A stretch of DNA of 35,321 nt from Candidatus Komeilibacteria bacterium (lineage in GTDB: Bacteria; Patescibacteriota; Patescibacteriia; UBA1558; S5-K13). Positions within the stretch are counted from its first letter, which is position 1. Every line of letters begins with the position of its first letter. The translations under genes and the position numbers were made by a program. Positions 1 through 8,599 of the stretch are shown here, piece after piece. Under the pieces are notes generated by a model. It did no database searches and had not been told where the DNA came from. It worked only from the letters and a program-made list of their open reading frames with translations. The stretch is taken from positions 1-35,321 of the forward strand of contig JAUVAE010000001.1 of NCBI GenBank assembly GCA_030591905.1, read 5' to 3'.

Positions 1-293
1 AAAAATATTTATCCCGTTAGATGATTTTTCGAAGGAATTTAATGGGACAAAATTAAAAATTATATCATATAAAATAAATGAAAAAATTAATAAATAAATA
101 TTTAATGGGATGAAAAAAACATGCTATCAATGTGAAAACTATGACTGGACAAAACAAAAAATAAAAAATAGAACTACTATTGTTAGAAACCATAGAAAAG
201 AAAAGAAAAATGTCTTAGATTATGTCAGATCTTTGCTATTTTAATTTGATTTATTGTTAGTTTTAGTGTTAAATAAACTAATTAGTAGTAATA

Positions 294-441
294 AACCCCT
301 CCCTCAATCCCTCCCCTAGTCAGGAGAGGGAAGACGGGGATAAAGACTGATTTAGAAGTAATTTTATAAAAATTAATAGAACTTTGTAAAATTGTCTTTC
401 TCCTGACTAGGAGAGAGATGTCCAAAGGACAGAGAGAGGTT
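294..441. repeat. REP-like doublet (CCT-AGTC-AGGAG hairpins, inverted pair) upstream of ileS
   Basis: 294-333 resembles the reverse complement of 12656-12703; 393-441 is nearly identical to 3526-3574. Confidence 0.85.
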
Positions 442-449
442 AAAATAAT

Positions 450-3400
450 ATGAATGAAAATTTAAAAAATAAAAAATCAGATCTGTTTAAAAAAGAACAG
501 GAAATTTTGAAATTTTGGAAAGATAATCAAATTTTTGAAAAATCATTAAAAAAAGATAGTCCTCAAGGCGAATATTCTTTTTATGATGGACCTCCTTTTG
601 CTACTGGATTACCTCATTATGGACATATTGTAGCTTCTTTATTGAAAGATGTTTTTCCTAGATATAAAACAATGCAAGGATATTCTGTTAGAAGAAAATG
701 GGGTTGGGATTGTCACGGTTTACCAGTGGAAAGTTTAGTTGAAAAAGATTTAAAAATTAAATCTAAAGACGAAATTGAAGATAGAGTTGGAGTTGATAAA
801 TTTAATGAATCTTGCCAAACCTATGTCATGAAATATGCTGATGAATGGCAGAAATTTATCCCCATGATTGGTAGATGGGTTGATATGGAAGATGATTATA
901 AAACTATGGATCCAGAGTATATGGAATCTATTTGGTGGGTTTTTAAATCATTATGGGAAAAGGGATTAATATATGAAGGTTATAAATCAATGCATATTTG
1001 TCCTCATTGTGAAACAACATTATCTAATTTTGAAGTAGGATTAGAATATAAAGATATTAAAGATTTATCAATAACTGCTAAATTTGAATTAATTAACCCT
1101 GTCGGAAATAACGATTCTAAAGAATCTAATTCCAACAGGACAAGTGAACCAAAAACTTTTGTTTTAGCTTGGACAACTACTCCTTGGACTTTGCCAGGAA
1201 ATGTAGCTTTAGCTGTTGGTAAAAGTATAGACTATGTAAAAGTAGAATTAGATGGAAAAAAGTATATTTTAGCTAAAGAATTAGTAGAAACAGTTTTAGC
1301 TGACAAAAAATATACAATAGTAGAGGAGCTTAAAGGCAAAGATTTAGTTGGTAAAGCTTATCAGCCGTTATTTGATTATTATTCTAGTAATAAAGAATTA
1401 GAAAACATAGAAAATGGCTGGAAAATATATGCTGCTGATTTCGTAACTATTGAAGATGGTACTGGTATTGTATATATTGCTCCGGCTTTTGGTGAAGACG
1501 ATATGAATTTAGCTAAAGAAAACAAATTGCCTTTTGTACAGCACGTTTTTTTAAATGGTAAATTCACAGAAGAAATGCAAGATTTTGCTGGTATGGAAGT
1601 AAAGCCCAAAGAAGATATAAACAAAACTGATATAGAAATTATTAAGTATCTAGCTGCTAAAGATTTGCTTTTTGCTAAAGAAAAATATGAACATTCTTAT
1701 CCACATTGCTGGCGTTGTGATGCTCCTTTATTGAATTATGCTACTAAATCTTGGTTTGTAAAAGTTACTGATATTAAAGATAAAATAATCGCTAATAATA
1801 AGAAAGTGAATTGGGTTCCAGCTAGTTTTAAAGAAGGTCGAATGGGTAAATGGTTAGAAGGTGCTCGGGATTGGTCGATTTCTAGACAAAGATATTGGGG
1901 TTCAGTATTACCTATTTGGAAATGTGATTGTGGTGAAATTAAAGTAATTGGTTCTATAGCAGAATTGGAAAAGCTTTCTGGAAAAAAGGTGGAAGATTTA
2001 CATAAACATACGGTGGATAAAATTACTATTAAATGTGAAAAATGTGATAATGAAATGAAAAGAATACCAGACGTTTTAGATTGTTGGTTTGAATCTGGTG
2101 CTATGCCTTATGCCTCAGTTCATTATCCATTTGACCCCAGTAGTTTATCCTCACAAAGTTCGGATAACCACGGGGCAAGAAATAAAAAATTGAAAGTTTC
2201 TTTACCTAAAAACTTTCCTGCTAATTTTATTGCTGAGGGTCAGGATCAAACTAGAGGCTGGTTTTATACTTTATTAGTATTATCTACGGCTTTATTTGAT
2301 AAACCAGCATTTTTAAATGTAGTAGTAAATGGTATGGCCTTAGCTGAAGATGGTAAGAAGATGTCTAAGAGACTAAGAAACTATCCTGATCCTACGGAAA
2401 TGATTCATAAATTTTCAGCAGATACTTTAAGGTATTATTTACTTTCTTCTCCTATTGTTAAAGCTGGCGATTTATGTTTCTCAGAAAAAGATTTATCAAG
2501 TATTTATTATAGATATATTTCAACTTTAATGAATGTAGTTTCTTTTTATAAAATGTATGCTAAAGAGGATGATGTTAACTTCGTAGAACCAGAACATTTA
2601 TTGGATAAATGGATTTTAGCTAAATTAAAAGAGTTAAAGAAAAATATTACTGATAATTTAAATAAATATGAAGTAAAGAAGTCCGTGGATCCAATTGGGG
2701 AGTTTATTTTAGAATTATCAACTTGGTATCTAAGACGTTCTCGGGATAGATTTAAGTCTCATGATGAGTCAGGAACTAAGACTCTACATTATGTTATTTT
2801 AGAATTTAGTAAGTTAATTGCTCCTTTTATGCCATTTTTAGCAGAGGATCTATATAAAGAAATGACCCATTCGGCAAGCTCAGGGCAGGCAGGCAAAGAA
2901 GAGTCGGTTCATTTAGTTACTTGGCCAGAAATAGAGAAATTAACTAAGGAAGAACTTAGTTTATTAGAGGACATGGAGACTGCTCGTAAGGTTGTAGAAA
3001 AATCTCATAATTTGAGAGATCAAGCTGGTATGAAAGTCAGACAACCATTAGATTCTATAAATTATAATTTTAATAAAAAATCTTTGAACATAAAATTTGA
3101 ACAAGTTATTGCTGAGGAAGTTAATGTAAAAACAGTAGAATTTTCAAAAAAAGTAGCAGATCAGGAAGTTGATTTAGATATTAAGCTTACTCCAGAATTA
3201 AAGAACGAAGGCAATTTAAGAGAACTTGTTAGACAAATTAATTCGCTTCGTAAAAAAGCTAATTTAACCATTAACGATAGGGTAAAAGTATATTTTCAAA
3301 GTAAAGATTTAGCTGATTTAATATTAGAAAATAAAGAGTTTTTACAGAAAAATGTATTAGCTGATGATATTATTAATGATCAGGTTGATAAGAGCTTAAT

Positions 3401-3458
3401 AACTAAAGAAGTAGAAATTAACAAATTTAAAGTTAAGATTAGTTTAGTTAGCATTTAA
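450..3458 (+). CDS. ileS: Isoleucine--tRNA ligase (type 2), with three in-frame palindromic insertions
   Basis: DGPPFATGLPHYGH (HIGH motif), GWDCHGLPVE, WTTTPWTLPGN, DWSISRQRYWG, EGQDQTRGWFY, KMSKR (KMSKS motif). Confidence 0.97.
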   Translation: MNENLKNKKSDLFKKEQEILKFWKDNQIFEKSLKKDSPQGEYSFYDGPPFATGLPHYGHIVASLLKDVFPRYKTMQGYSVRRKWGWDCHGLPVESLVEKDLKIKSKDEIEDRVGVDKFNESCQTYVMKYADEWQKFIPMIGRWVDMEDDYKTMDPEYMESIWWVFKSLWEKGLIYEGYKSMHICPHCETTLSNFEVGLEYKDIKDLSITAKFELINPVGNNDSKESNSNRTSEPKTFVLAWTTTPWTLPGNVALAVGKSIDYVKVELDGKKYILAKELVETVLADKKYTIVEELKGKDLVGKAYQPLFDYYSSNKELENIENGWKIYAADFVTIEDGTGIVYIAPAFGEDDMNLAKENKLPFVQHVFLNGKFTEEMQDFAGMEVKPKEDINKTDIEIIKYLAAKDLLFAKEKYEHSYPHCWRCDAPLLNYATKSWFVKVTDIKDKIIANNKKVNWVPASFKEGRMGKWLEGARDWSISRQRYWGSVLPIWKCDCGEIKVIGSIAELEKLSGKKVEDLHKHTVDKITIKCEKCDNEMKRIPDVLDCWFESGAMPYASVHYPFDPSSLSSQSSDNHGARNKKLKVSLPKNFPANFIAEGQDQTRGWFYTLLVLSTALFDKPAFLNVVVNGMALAEDGKKMSKRLRNYPDPTEMIHKFSADTLRYYLLSSPIVKAGDLCFSEKDLSSIYYRYISTLMNVVSFYKMYAKEDDVNFVEPEHLLDKWILAKLKELKKNITDNLNKYEVKKSVDPIGEFILELSTWYLRRSRDRFKSHDESGTKTLHYVILEFSKLIAPFMPFLAEDLYKEMTHSASSGQAGKEESVHLVTWPEIEKLTKEELSLLEDMETARKVVEKSHNLRDQAGMKVRQPLDSINYNFNKKSLNIKFEQVIAEEVNVKTVEFSKKVADQEVDLDIKLTPELKNEGNLRELVRQINSLRKKANLTINDRVKVYFQSKDLADLILENKEFLQKNVLADDIINDQVDKSLITKEVEINKFKVKISLVSI

Positions 3459-3460
3459 CT

Positions 3461-3574
3461 ACCTCTATCCCTGTCTCCCTTTCTCCTAGTCAAGAGAAAG
3501 GGACTATATGCTTATTTAGTTTTTTTGTCCCTCTCCTGACTAGGAGAGGGATGTCCAAAGGACAGGGAGAGGTT
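3461..3574. repeat. REP-like doublet between ileS and recO
   Basis: Two CTCCT-N4-A(A/G)GAG hairpins plus a small GTCC-AAA-GGAC hairpin; near-identical inverted copy at 6357-6493. Confidence 0.9.
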
Positions 3575-3585
3575 GAATCTAATTT

Positions 3586-4227
3586 ATGGAATATATAACT
3601 CATGGCATAATTCTTAGTTCTAGAGATTTTAAAGATGCAGATAGATTGTATTCTATTTTAACTTTAGAAAATGGTTTAATAAATGCTACAGCAAAGTCAG
3701 TAAAAAAATCAGAGAGTAAATTATCTGGTTTTTTAATACCTTCTAATCAGGTTGTTTTAATGTTGGCTAATGGGAAATCAACAATAAGTAGAATTGCTCA
3801 AGTTAAAGTTTTAAAAACTCATTCTCATATCATAAAAGATCATGAGATTTTTTTATTATTTAGTCAGATTGTAGAGATTTTATTGAATTCAGTTAAAGAA
3901 AATTTAGCAGAAAAAGATATTTATAACACTACATTATTATTTTTAAACGATTTGAATGATGAAAAATTGAGTATAGAAAAAAAGAAAACTATTCAGTTAA
4001 TATATTTTTCCGAACTTTTAAAATTTTTAGGATTTAGACCTAAAAAAATTGATATTAAAACGGATTTATTGTGTAAATTATTGGAACTTATGTTTAAGAA
4101 TGACTATTCAAAAAATCGTGATTTAATGCTAAAATTAAAGGTAAGATTAGGCGATTTTTCTATTTTAAGAGAATGGTTTATAGATTATTTTCAGAATATT
4201 TTGGAGAAAAAAATAAATAGTTTTTAA
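3586..4227 (+). CDS. recO: DNA repair protein RecO
   Basis: N-terminal GIILSSRDFKDADRLYSILTLENGLINATAKSVKKSESKL matches the RecO OB-fold pattern; C-terminal ELLKFLGFRP. Confidence 0.88.
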   Translation: MEYITHGIILSSRDFKDADRLYSILTLENGLINATAKSVKKSESKLSGFLIPSNQVVLMLANGKSTISRIAQVKVLKTHSHIIKDHEIFLLFSQIVEILLNSVKENLAEKDIYNTTLLFLNDLNDEKLSIEKKKTIQLIYFSELLKFLGFRPKKIDIKTDLLCKLLELMFKNDYSKNRDLMLKLKVRLGDFSILREWFIDYFQNILEKKINSF

Positions 4228-4239
4228 TAAGGTTTAAAT

Positions 4240-6342
4240 ATGAAAAATACAAAAAATATTTTAGATTTATCTAAAATTAAAAAAACAAAAAAATCAATTT
4301 TTAGTAAACAATTAAAAAATAAATTGGGCCCTAAGCCAAATTTAAGTTTTGGTGTAAATGTAAAAATTGTTAGAGGTGGAAAAAAAAAATCATCTCATAA
4401 TAAAAAATTAAGTGTTGGTATCAGACCAAAATTATTAAGTAAGAAAAAAATAAAAGGCGTTCGATCAAAAGCTTATGATACAGCTAATTCTTCTAAAGAG
4501 ATTGATGATATTTGGAAGAAGAATAAAAATTTAGATAAAGGATTTGATAAGAGGCCATCTACCAAAAAAAAGACTTTACCAATTATTATTATTTTATTAT
4601 TTTTACTTGCTGTTGCTAGTATAGCTGGCTGGTATTTTTTTGGTACTAAAGAACTAACTGGTGAAGGAGTAAGTTTAGAGATCAAAGCAGACGAGAATAT
4701 AGTTTCTGGAAAACAAGTTGAATTATTGATAAAGTATAAAAATAAAGAAAATGTTAAAGTAAAAAATCTTGAATTAAGGATAAATTATCCAGAAGGTTTT
4801 CATTACATTTCTTCTAAACCCTATGCCAATACTTTGTCTTCTAATGTTTGGCAATTAGATGACCTTAAGGCTGGGGAATCTGGAGAGGTGAGATTGGTAG
4901 GACAAATTATTGGAGGACTTGATGAAGAAATCGTTTTAGAGCCAATTTTATCATATGAGCCATCTAATTTTAGCTCGTCATTTGAATCAAAAGTAGTTAA
5001 AGTTTTTAAAATTGATAAGTTATTAATGGATTTTCGAGTAGAAGCGCCAGCAGAAATAGGAAATGATAATAGAGTTACTTATAATATATTTTATAAAAAC
5101 ATATCTGAATTACCGCTGGATAATTTTAGATTAAGAGTGGATTATCCAGATAATTTTACTATTATTGAAACGGGCGGAGACGCTCAATTATTAACAGAGG
5201 ATATTTGGGAGATTGATGAAATAATGAAAGATGAAGAAAATGAAATAATAATAACCGGATTTTTTGATTTAGAGAATATAAGTTCTTCAACAGTAAAGGC
5301 TATTTTAGAGATTAAATCTTCATTATTAGAAATTCCTTTAATTGGTGAGTCTAGTTCTAATTGGTATCCATATTTAACAATTGAGAAAGATATTACTTTG
5401 TCGGAATTGGCAGCTAATTTAAAAGTATCTGTAAATGGAGATAACAAAGATTTGGCAATTGATTGGGGCAGTGAATTAGAATATGTTATTAATTATAAGA
5501 ATACCAGTGATTCAGACTTGGAAAATGTTTCTATTACAGTTATTTTAAATTCTGATTATCTTGATTGGGAAAGTTTGGACGATAATTTTAATGGTTTAAT
5601 TGATGAAGGAAATCATTTTATTACCTGGGACAAGAAAATTATTCCTTCTCTAGCAAAACTTGATGTGGGTCAGGAAGGTAGAATTAGTTTTAAGATCAAA
5701 GTTGTTGATTTTAACGAGGAGATTGTAGAAAGTGATGATTATTTAATTGCTTCAGAGGTGTTTTTAGATTCTGATAGTTTTGAGGTAATAGAAGGAGAAG
5801 AGGAAGAGAATAAATTGATAAATTCTAATATTATTATCAATAAAATAAATAGTCCTGTCGATTTTTTAACTTTAGCCAGATATTATAATGAAGCTGGTGA
5901 AGCTGTCGGTTCAGGGCCATTACCACCATTTGTAGGAGAAACAACGAGTTATCAGATAGTTTGGAGTTTAAAATCTTTAACAGCCGATTTAAAAAATATA
6001 CTTATTAAGACAACATTGCCTCCGGGAGTTGAATGGGCTCAGGGAATTGTTGCTGATGATCAGGATTTGATTTTTAATGATACTACTAGACAAGTAGTCT
6101 GGAAAATAAATAATTTAGAAAAAATGGAGAATAATATAGCTAAATTTAATGTCCTGATAACTCCTGACGTAAGTCAGGTTGGTAAAATAGTAACTTTGAA
6201 TAATACTATAACATTAATAGCAGAAGATACTTATTCTCAGGGAAGAATTAATTTAAATAGTAACTATTTAACTACTGAGTTAGAGGGAGATGAAAAGGCC
6301 GTTGGGAATGAAAAGGTTATTAATTCTATTCTAGGTGAATAG
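4240..6342 (+). CDS. Membrane-anchored protein with repeated DUF11-like beta-sandwich domains
   Basis: Basic N-terminus, one TM helix (LPIIIILLFLLAVASIAGWYFF), then repeated Y.I.YKN...L.N..L...YP..F.......W.L..L..GE.G units; acidic ectodomain. Confidence 0.6.
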   Translation: MKNTKNILDLSKIKKTKKSIFSKQLKNKLGPKPNLSFGVNVKIVRGGKKKSSHNKKLSVGIRPKLLSKKKIKGVRSKAYDTANSSKEIDDIWKKNKNLDKGFDKRPSTKKKTLPIIIILLFLLAVASIAGWYFFGTKELTGEGVSLEIKADENIVSGKQVELLIKYKNKENVKVKNLELRINYPEGFHYISSKPYANTLSSNVWQLDDLKAGESGEVRLVGQIIGGLDEEIVLEPILSYEPSNFSSSFESKVVKVFKIDKLLMDFRVEAPAEIGNDNRVTYNIFYKNISELPLDNFRLRVDYPDNFTIIETGGDAQLLTEDIWEIDEIMKDEENEIIITGFFDLENISSSTVKAILEIKSSLLEIPLIGESSSNWYPYLTIEKDITLSELAANLKVSVNGDNKDLAIDWGSELEYVINYKNTSDSDLENVSITVILNSDYLDWESLDDNFNGLIDEGNHFITWDKKIIPSLAKLDVGQEGRISFKIKVVDFNEEIVESDDYLIASEVFLDSDSFEVIEGEEEENKLINSNIIINKINSPVDFLTLARYYNEAGEAVGSGPLPPFVGETTSYQIVWSLKSLTADLKNILIKTTLPPGVEWAQGIVADDQDLIFNDTTRQVVWKINNLEKMENNIAKFNVLITPDVSQVGKIVTLNNTITLIAEDTYSQGRINLNSNYLTTELEGDEKAVGNEKVINSILGE

Positions 6343-6356
6343 ATTAGAAATTAATT

Positions 6357-6493
6357 ACCTCTCCCTGTCCTTCGGACATCCCTCTCCTAGTTCCCACGAC
6401 TTCGCTCGGGACAGGCAGGAGAGGGACAAGAGAACTAAACGAGCATATAGTCCCTTTCCTCCTGACTAGGAGAAAGGGAGACAGGGATAGAGG
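6357..6493. repeat. REP-like doublet upstream of tgt, with a 24-nt insertion
   Basis: Reverse complement of 3461-3574 with a few substitutions, plus extra 6392-6415. Confidence 0.9.
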
Positions 6494-6503
6494 CAAATTA
6501 ATT

Positions 6504-7625
6504 ATGTTTAAAATATCAAAAGAATCTAAAAAATCTGAGGCTCGCTTAGGTGTTTTAAAGACTAAATCAGGAAATCTTAAAACTCCTTTTTTTATGCCAA
6601 TTGCTACTAGAGGAGTGATAAAGTCTTTGAGTTATCAAGATATAGAAAATTTAGGTCCTCAAATTATATTAGGAAATACTTATCATTTATACCTTAAACC
6701 AGGTTTGAAAATTATTAAAAAAGCTGGTGGCTTATCTAAATTTATGAATAATAAGTTTCCAGTTCTTACTGATTCTGGTGGCTTCCAAGTTTTTTCTTTA
6801 TCAAAGATTCGTAAATTATTAACAAATGGTGTCAGATTTCAATCTACTTATGATGGTTCTTGGCATTTATTTACACCAGAGAAAGTAATGAAGATTCAAT
6901 CGGTTCTGGATTCTGATATTCAAATGGTATTAGATGTTTGTTCAGATTCGAGATCAAATAATAGAAAATTATTAAAAGCTTTGGAACTAACTACTAAATG
7001 GGCTCAAAAATGTAAAAGAGAAAAAAAGAAATTAGATCCCAAGAATAAAAATTTATTATTTGGGATTGTTCAGGGTGGCTTAAATAAAGAGTTGCGTTTA
7101 AAAAGTTTAAGCGATTTAGTGGAGATAGGTTTTGATGGCTATGCTATTGGTGGCTTAGCTGTTGGTGAAACTAATCAGGAGATGTATAAAGTATTAGATT
7201 ATATAAGTTCTGCTATGCCCAAAGATAAACCAAGGTATTTGATGGGAGTTGGATATCCAGAAAACATTATAGAAGCTGTAAAAAGAGGAGTTGATATGTT
7301 TGATTGTGTTATTCCTACTAGAGAAGCTAGACACGGCAGATTATATCTTAAAAATAAATTTTACCCCGCACCTTTTTCTTCTAAAAAACGGTGCGGGGTT
7401 TATAAAACTATAAATATCATAAATGCTAAGTTTGCTAATGATTTTTCATTAATAAACAAAGATTCTAAATTAGAAGAGTTGAAAAAGTATAATAAAGCTT
7501 ATTTACATCATTTATTTAAAGTTCAAGATCCATTGGCTTTAAAATTGGCTACTTTGAATAATATTGAGTTTTATTTAGATTTAATGAGAAATATCCGTAA
7601 AGCAATTGCTGGTAATAATTTATAG
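6504..7625 (+). CDS. tgt: tRNA-guanine(34) transglycosylase
   Basis: TPFFMPIATRG, LGNTYHL, TDSGGFQVFSL, GIVQGG, GYAIGGLAVGE, PRYLMGVG, DMFDCVIPTREARHG. Confidence 0.96.
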   Translation: MFKISKESKKSEARLGVLKTKSGNLKTPFFMPIATRGVIKSLSYQDIENLGPQIILGNTYHLYLKPGLKIIKKAGGLSKFMNNKFPVLTDSGGFQVFSLSKIRKLLTNGVRFQSTYDGSWHLFTPEKVMKIQSVLDSDIQMVLDVCSDSRSNNRKLLKALELTTKWAQKCKREKKKLDPKNKNLLFGIVQGGLNKELRLKSLSDLVEIGFDGYAIGGLAVGETNQEMYKVLDYISSAMPKDKPRYLMGVGYPENIIEAVKRGVDMFDCVIPTREARHGRLYLKNKFYPAPFSSKKRCGVYKTINIINAKFANDFSLINKDSKLEELKKYNKAYLHHLFKVQDPLALKLATLNNIEFYLDLMRNIRKAIAGNNL

Positions 7626-7669
7626 TTATGCTTTAGAGCTATTGACCCCGCCCCTCTAGATGGGTGGGG

Positions 7670-7698
7670 TTGACATTAAAGAGATATTGCTTTAGAAT
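7670..7698 (+). promoter_or_regulatory. sigma70-type promoter for rplY
   Basis: TTGACA (7670-7675), 17-nt spacer, TAGAAT (7693-7698). Confidence 0.7.
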
Positions 7699-7733
7699 AG
7701 ACTTATTATATAAATAAATTACATTATAATTAT

Positions 7734-8453
7734 ATGAAAGACATAATTTTAAAAACTGAACCTAGGGAAGAAATGAAAGGCGGAAATCCAAAAAGGATGC
7801 TTAAACAAGGGTTTTTACCAGTTATTGTATATGGACCAGGTTCTAAAAATCTTAATTTGAAAGTTAATTCCCAAGAATTTTTGAAAGTTTTTGCTGTTGC
7901 TGGAGAATCAAAGGTAGTCAGTCTAAGTGTTGGCGATAAAACAATGCAGGTTTTAACTCATAGAGTTCAAAGAAATCCCGTTAGTGATAAAATTGTTCAT
8001 GTGGACTTTTATCAGTTTAAGAAGGATAAGAAATTTAGCGTTGACGTGCCTATTAATTTTATAGGTGAATCAAAAGCAGTTAAAGAAGGTGGTATTTTAG
8101 TTACGAATATTAATAGTATATTGATAGAATGTCTTTATACAGATCTTATTTCTGAAATTGAAGTTGATTTGTCAGTATTAGAAAATTTGAATGATTCTAT
8201 ATATGTGTCTGATTTAAAGATTGATGAAAAGGTAAATGTTTTAACATCTTTAGATCAAGTTATTGTAGCTGCAAAACCAATGAGAGTTCAAGAGGAAGAA
8301 GAAGTAGTTAAAGAAGAGGTAGAAGGTGAAGAAGGTGAAGAAGAAGTAGAAGGTGAAGAAGGTAAGACCGATGGAGAAGATGCTTCTAAAGGTTCTGAAA
8401 AGAAAGACGAAGGTGGTTCTGAAAAGAAAGATGAAGGAAAAAAGAAAGAATAA
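7734..8453 (+). CDS. rplY: 50S ribosomal protein L25 / Ctc with acidic tail
   Basis: GFLPVIVYGPG, VQRNPVSDKIVHVDFY, VPINFIGESKAVKEGG, Glu-rich C-terminus. Confidence 0.93.
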   Translation: MKDIILKTEPREEMKGGNPKRMLKQGFLPVIVYGPGSKNLNLKVNSQEFLKVFAVAGESKVVSLSVGDKTMQVLTHRVQRNPVSDKIVHVDFYQFKKDKKFSVDVPINFIGESKAVKEGGILVTNINSILIECLYTDLISEIEVDLSVLENLNDSIYVSDLKIDEKVNVLTSLDQVIVAAKPMRVQEEEEVVKEEVEGEEGEEEVEGEEGKTDGEDASKGSEKKDEGGSEKKDEGKKKE

Positions 8454-8473
8454 TTTGTATTTTTATATAGATG

Positions 8474-8508
8474 AACTGGCTCTTTATAAAGAGCCAGTTT
8501 TTTGTTTT
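8474..8508 (+). terminator. Intrinsic terminator after rplY
   Basis: AACTGGCTCT-ttataa-AGAGCCAGTT stem followed by TTTTGTTTT. Confidence 0.85.
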
Positions 8509-8514
8509 AAAGTA

Positions 8515-8599
8515 TTGACCCTGTTAAATAACTTTAAATTTTTACAAAAATTTAAAGTTAAGATTTAAATATATTCAAATCTTATTTAAACAGGGTTGA
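8515..8599. repeat. Palindromic CCCTGTT...AACAGGG element with TTGA direct repeats
   Basis: TTGA 8515-8518, hairpin 8519-8595 with internal perfect stem 8529-8560, TTGA 8596-8599. Confidence 0.75.

Noticed and set aside
245..449. T-box leader upstream of ileS
   Set aside because: No T-box consensus visible; the structured sequence is explained by the REP family that also occurs before unrelated genes.
8391..8438. 24-nt tandem repeat (GSEKKDEG x2) in rplY
   Set aside because: Ordinary low-complexity acidic tail of L25/Ctc.
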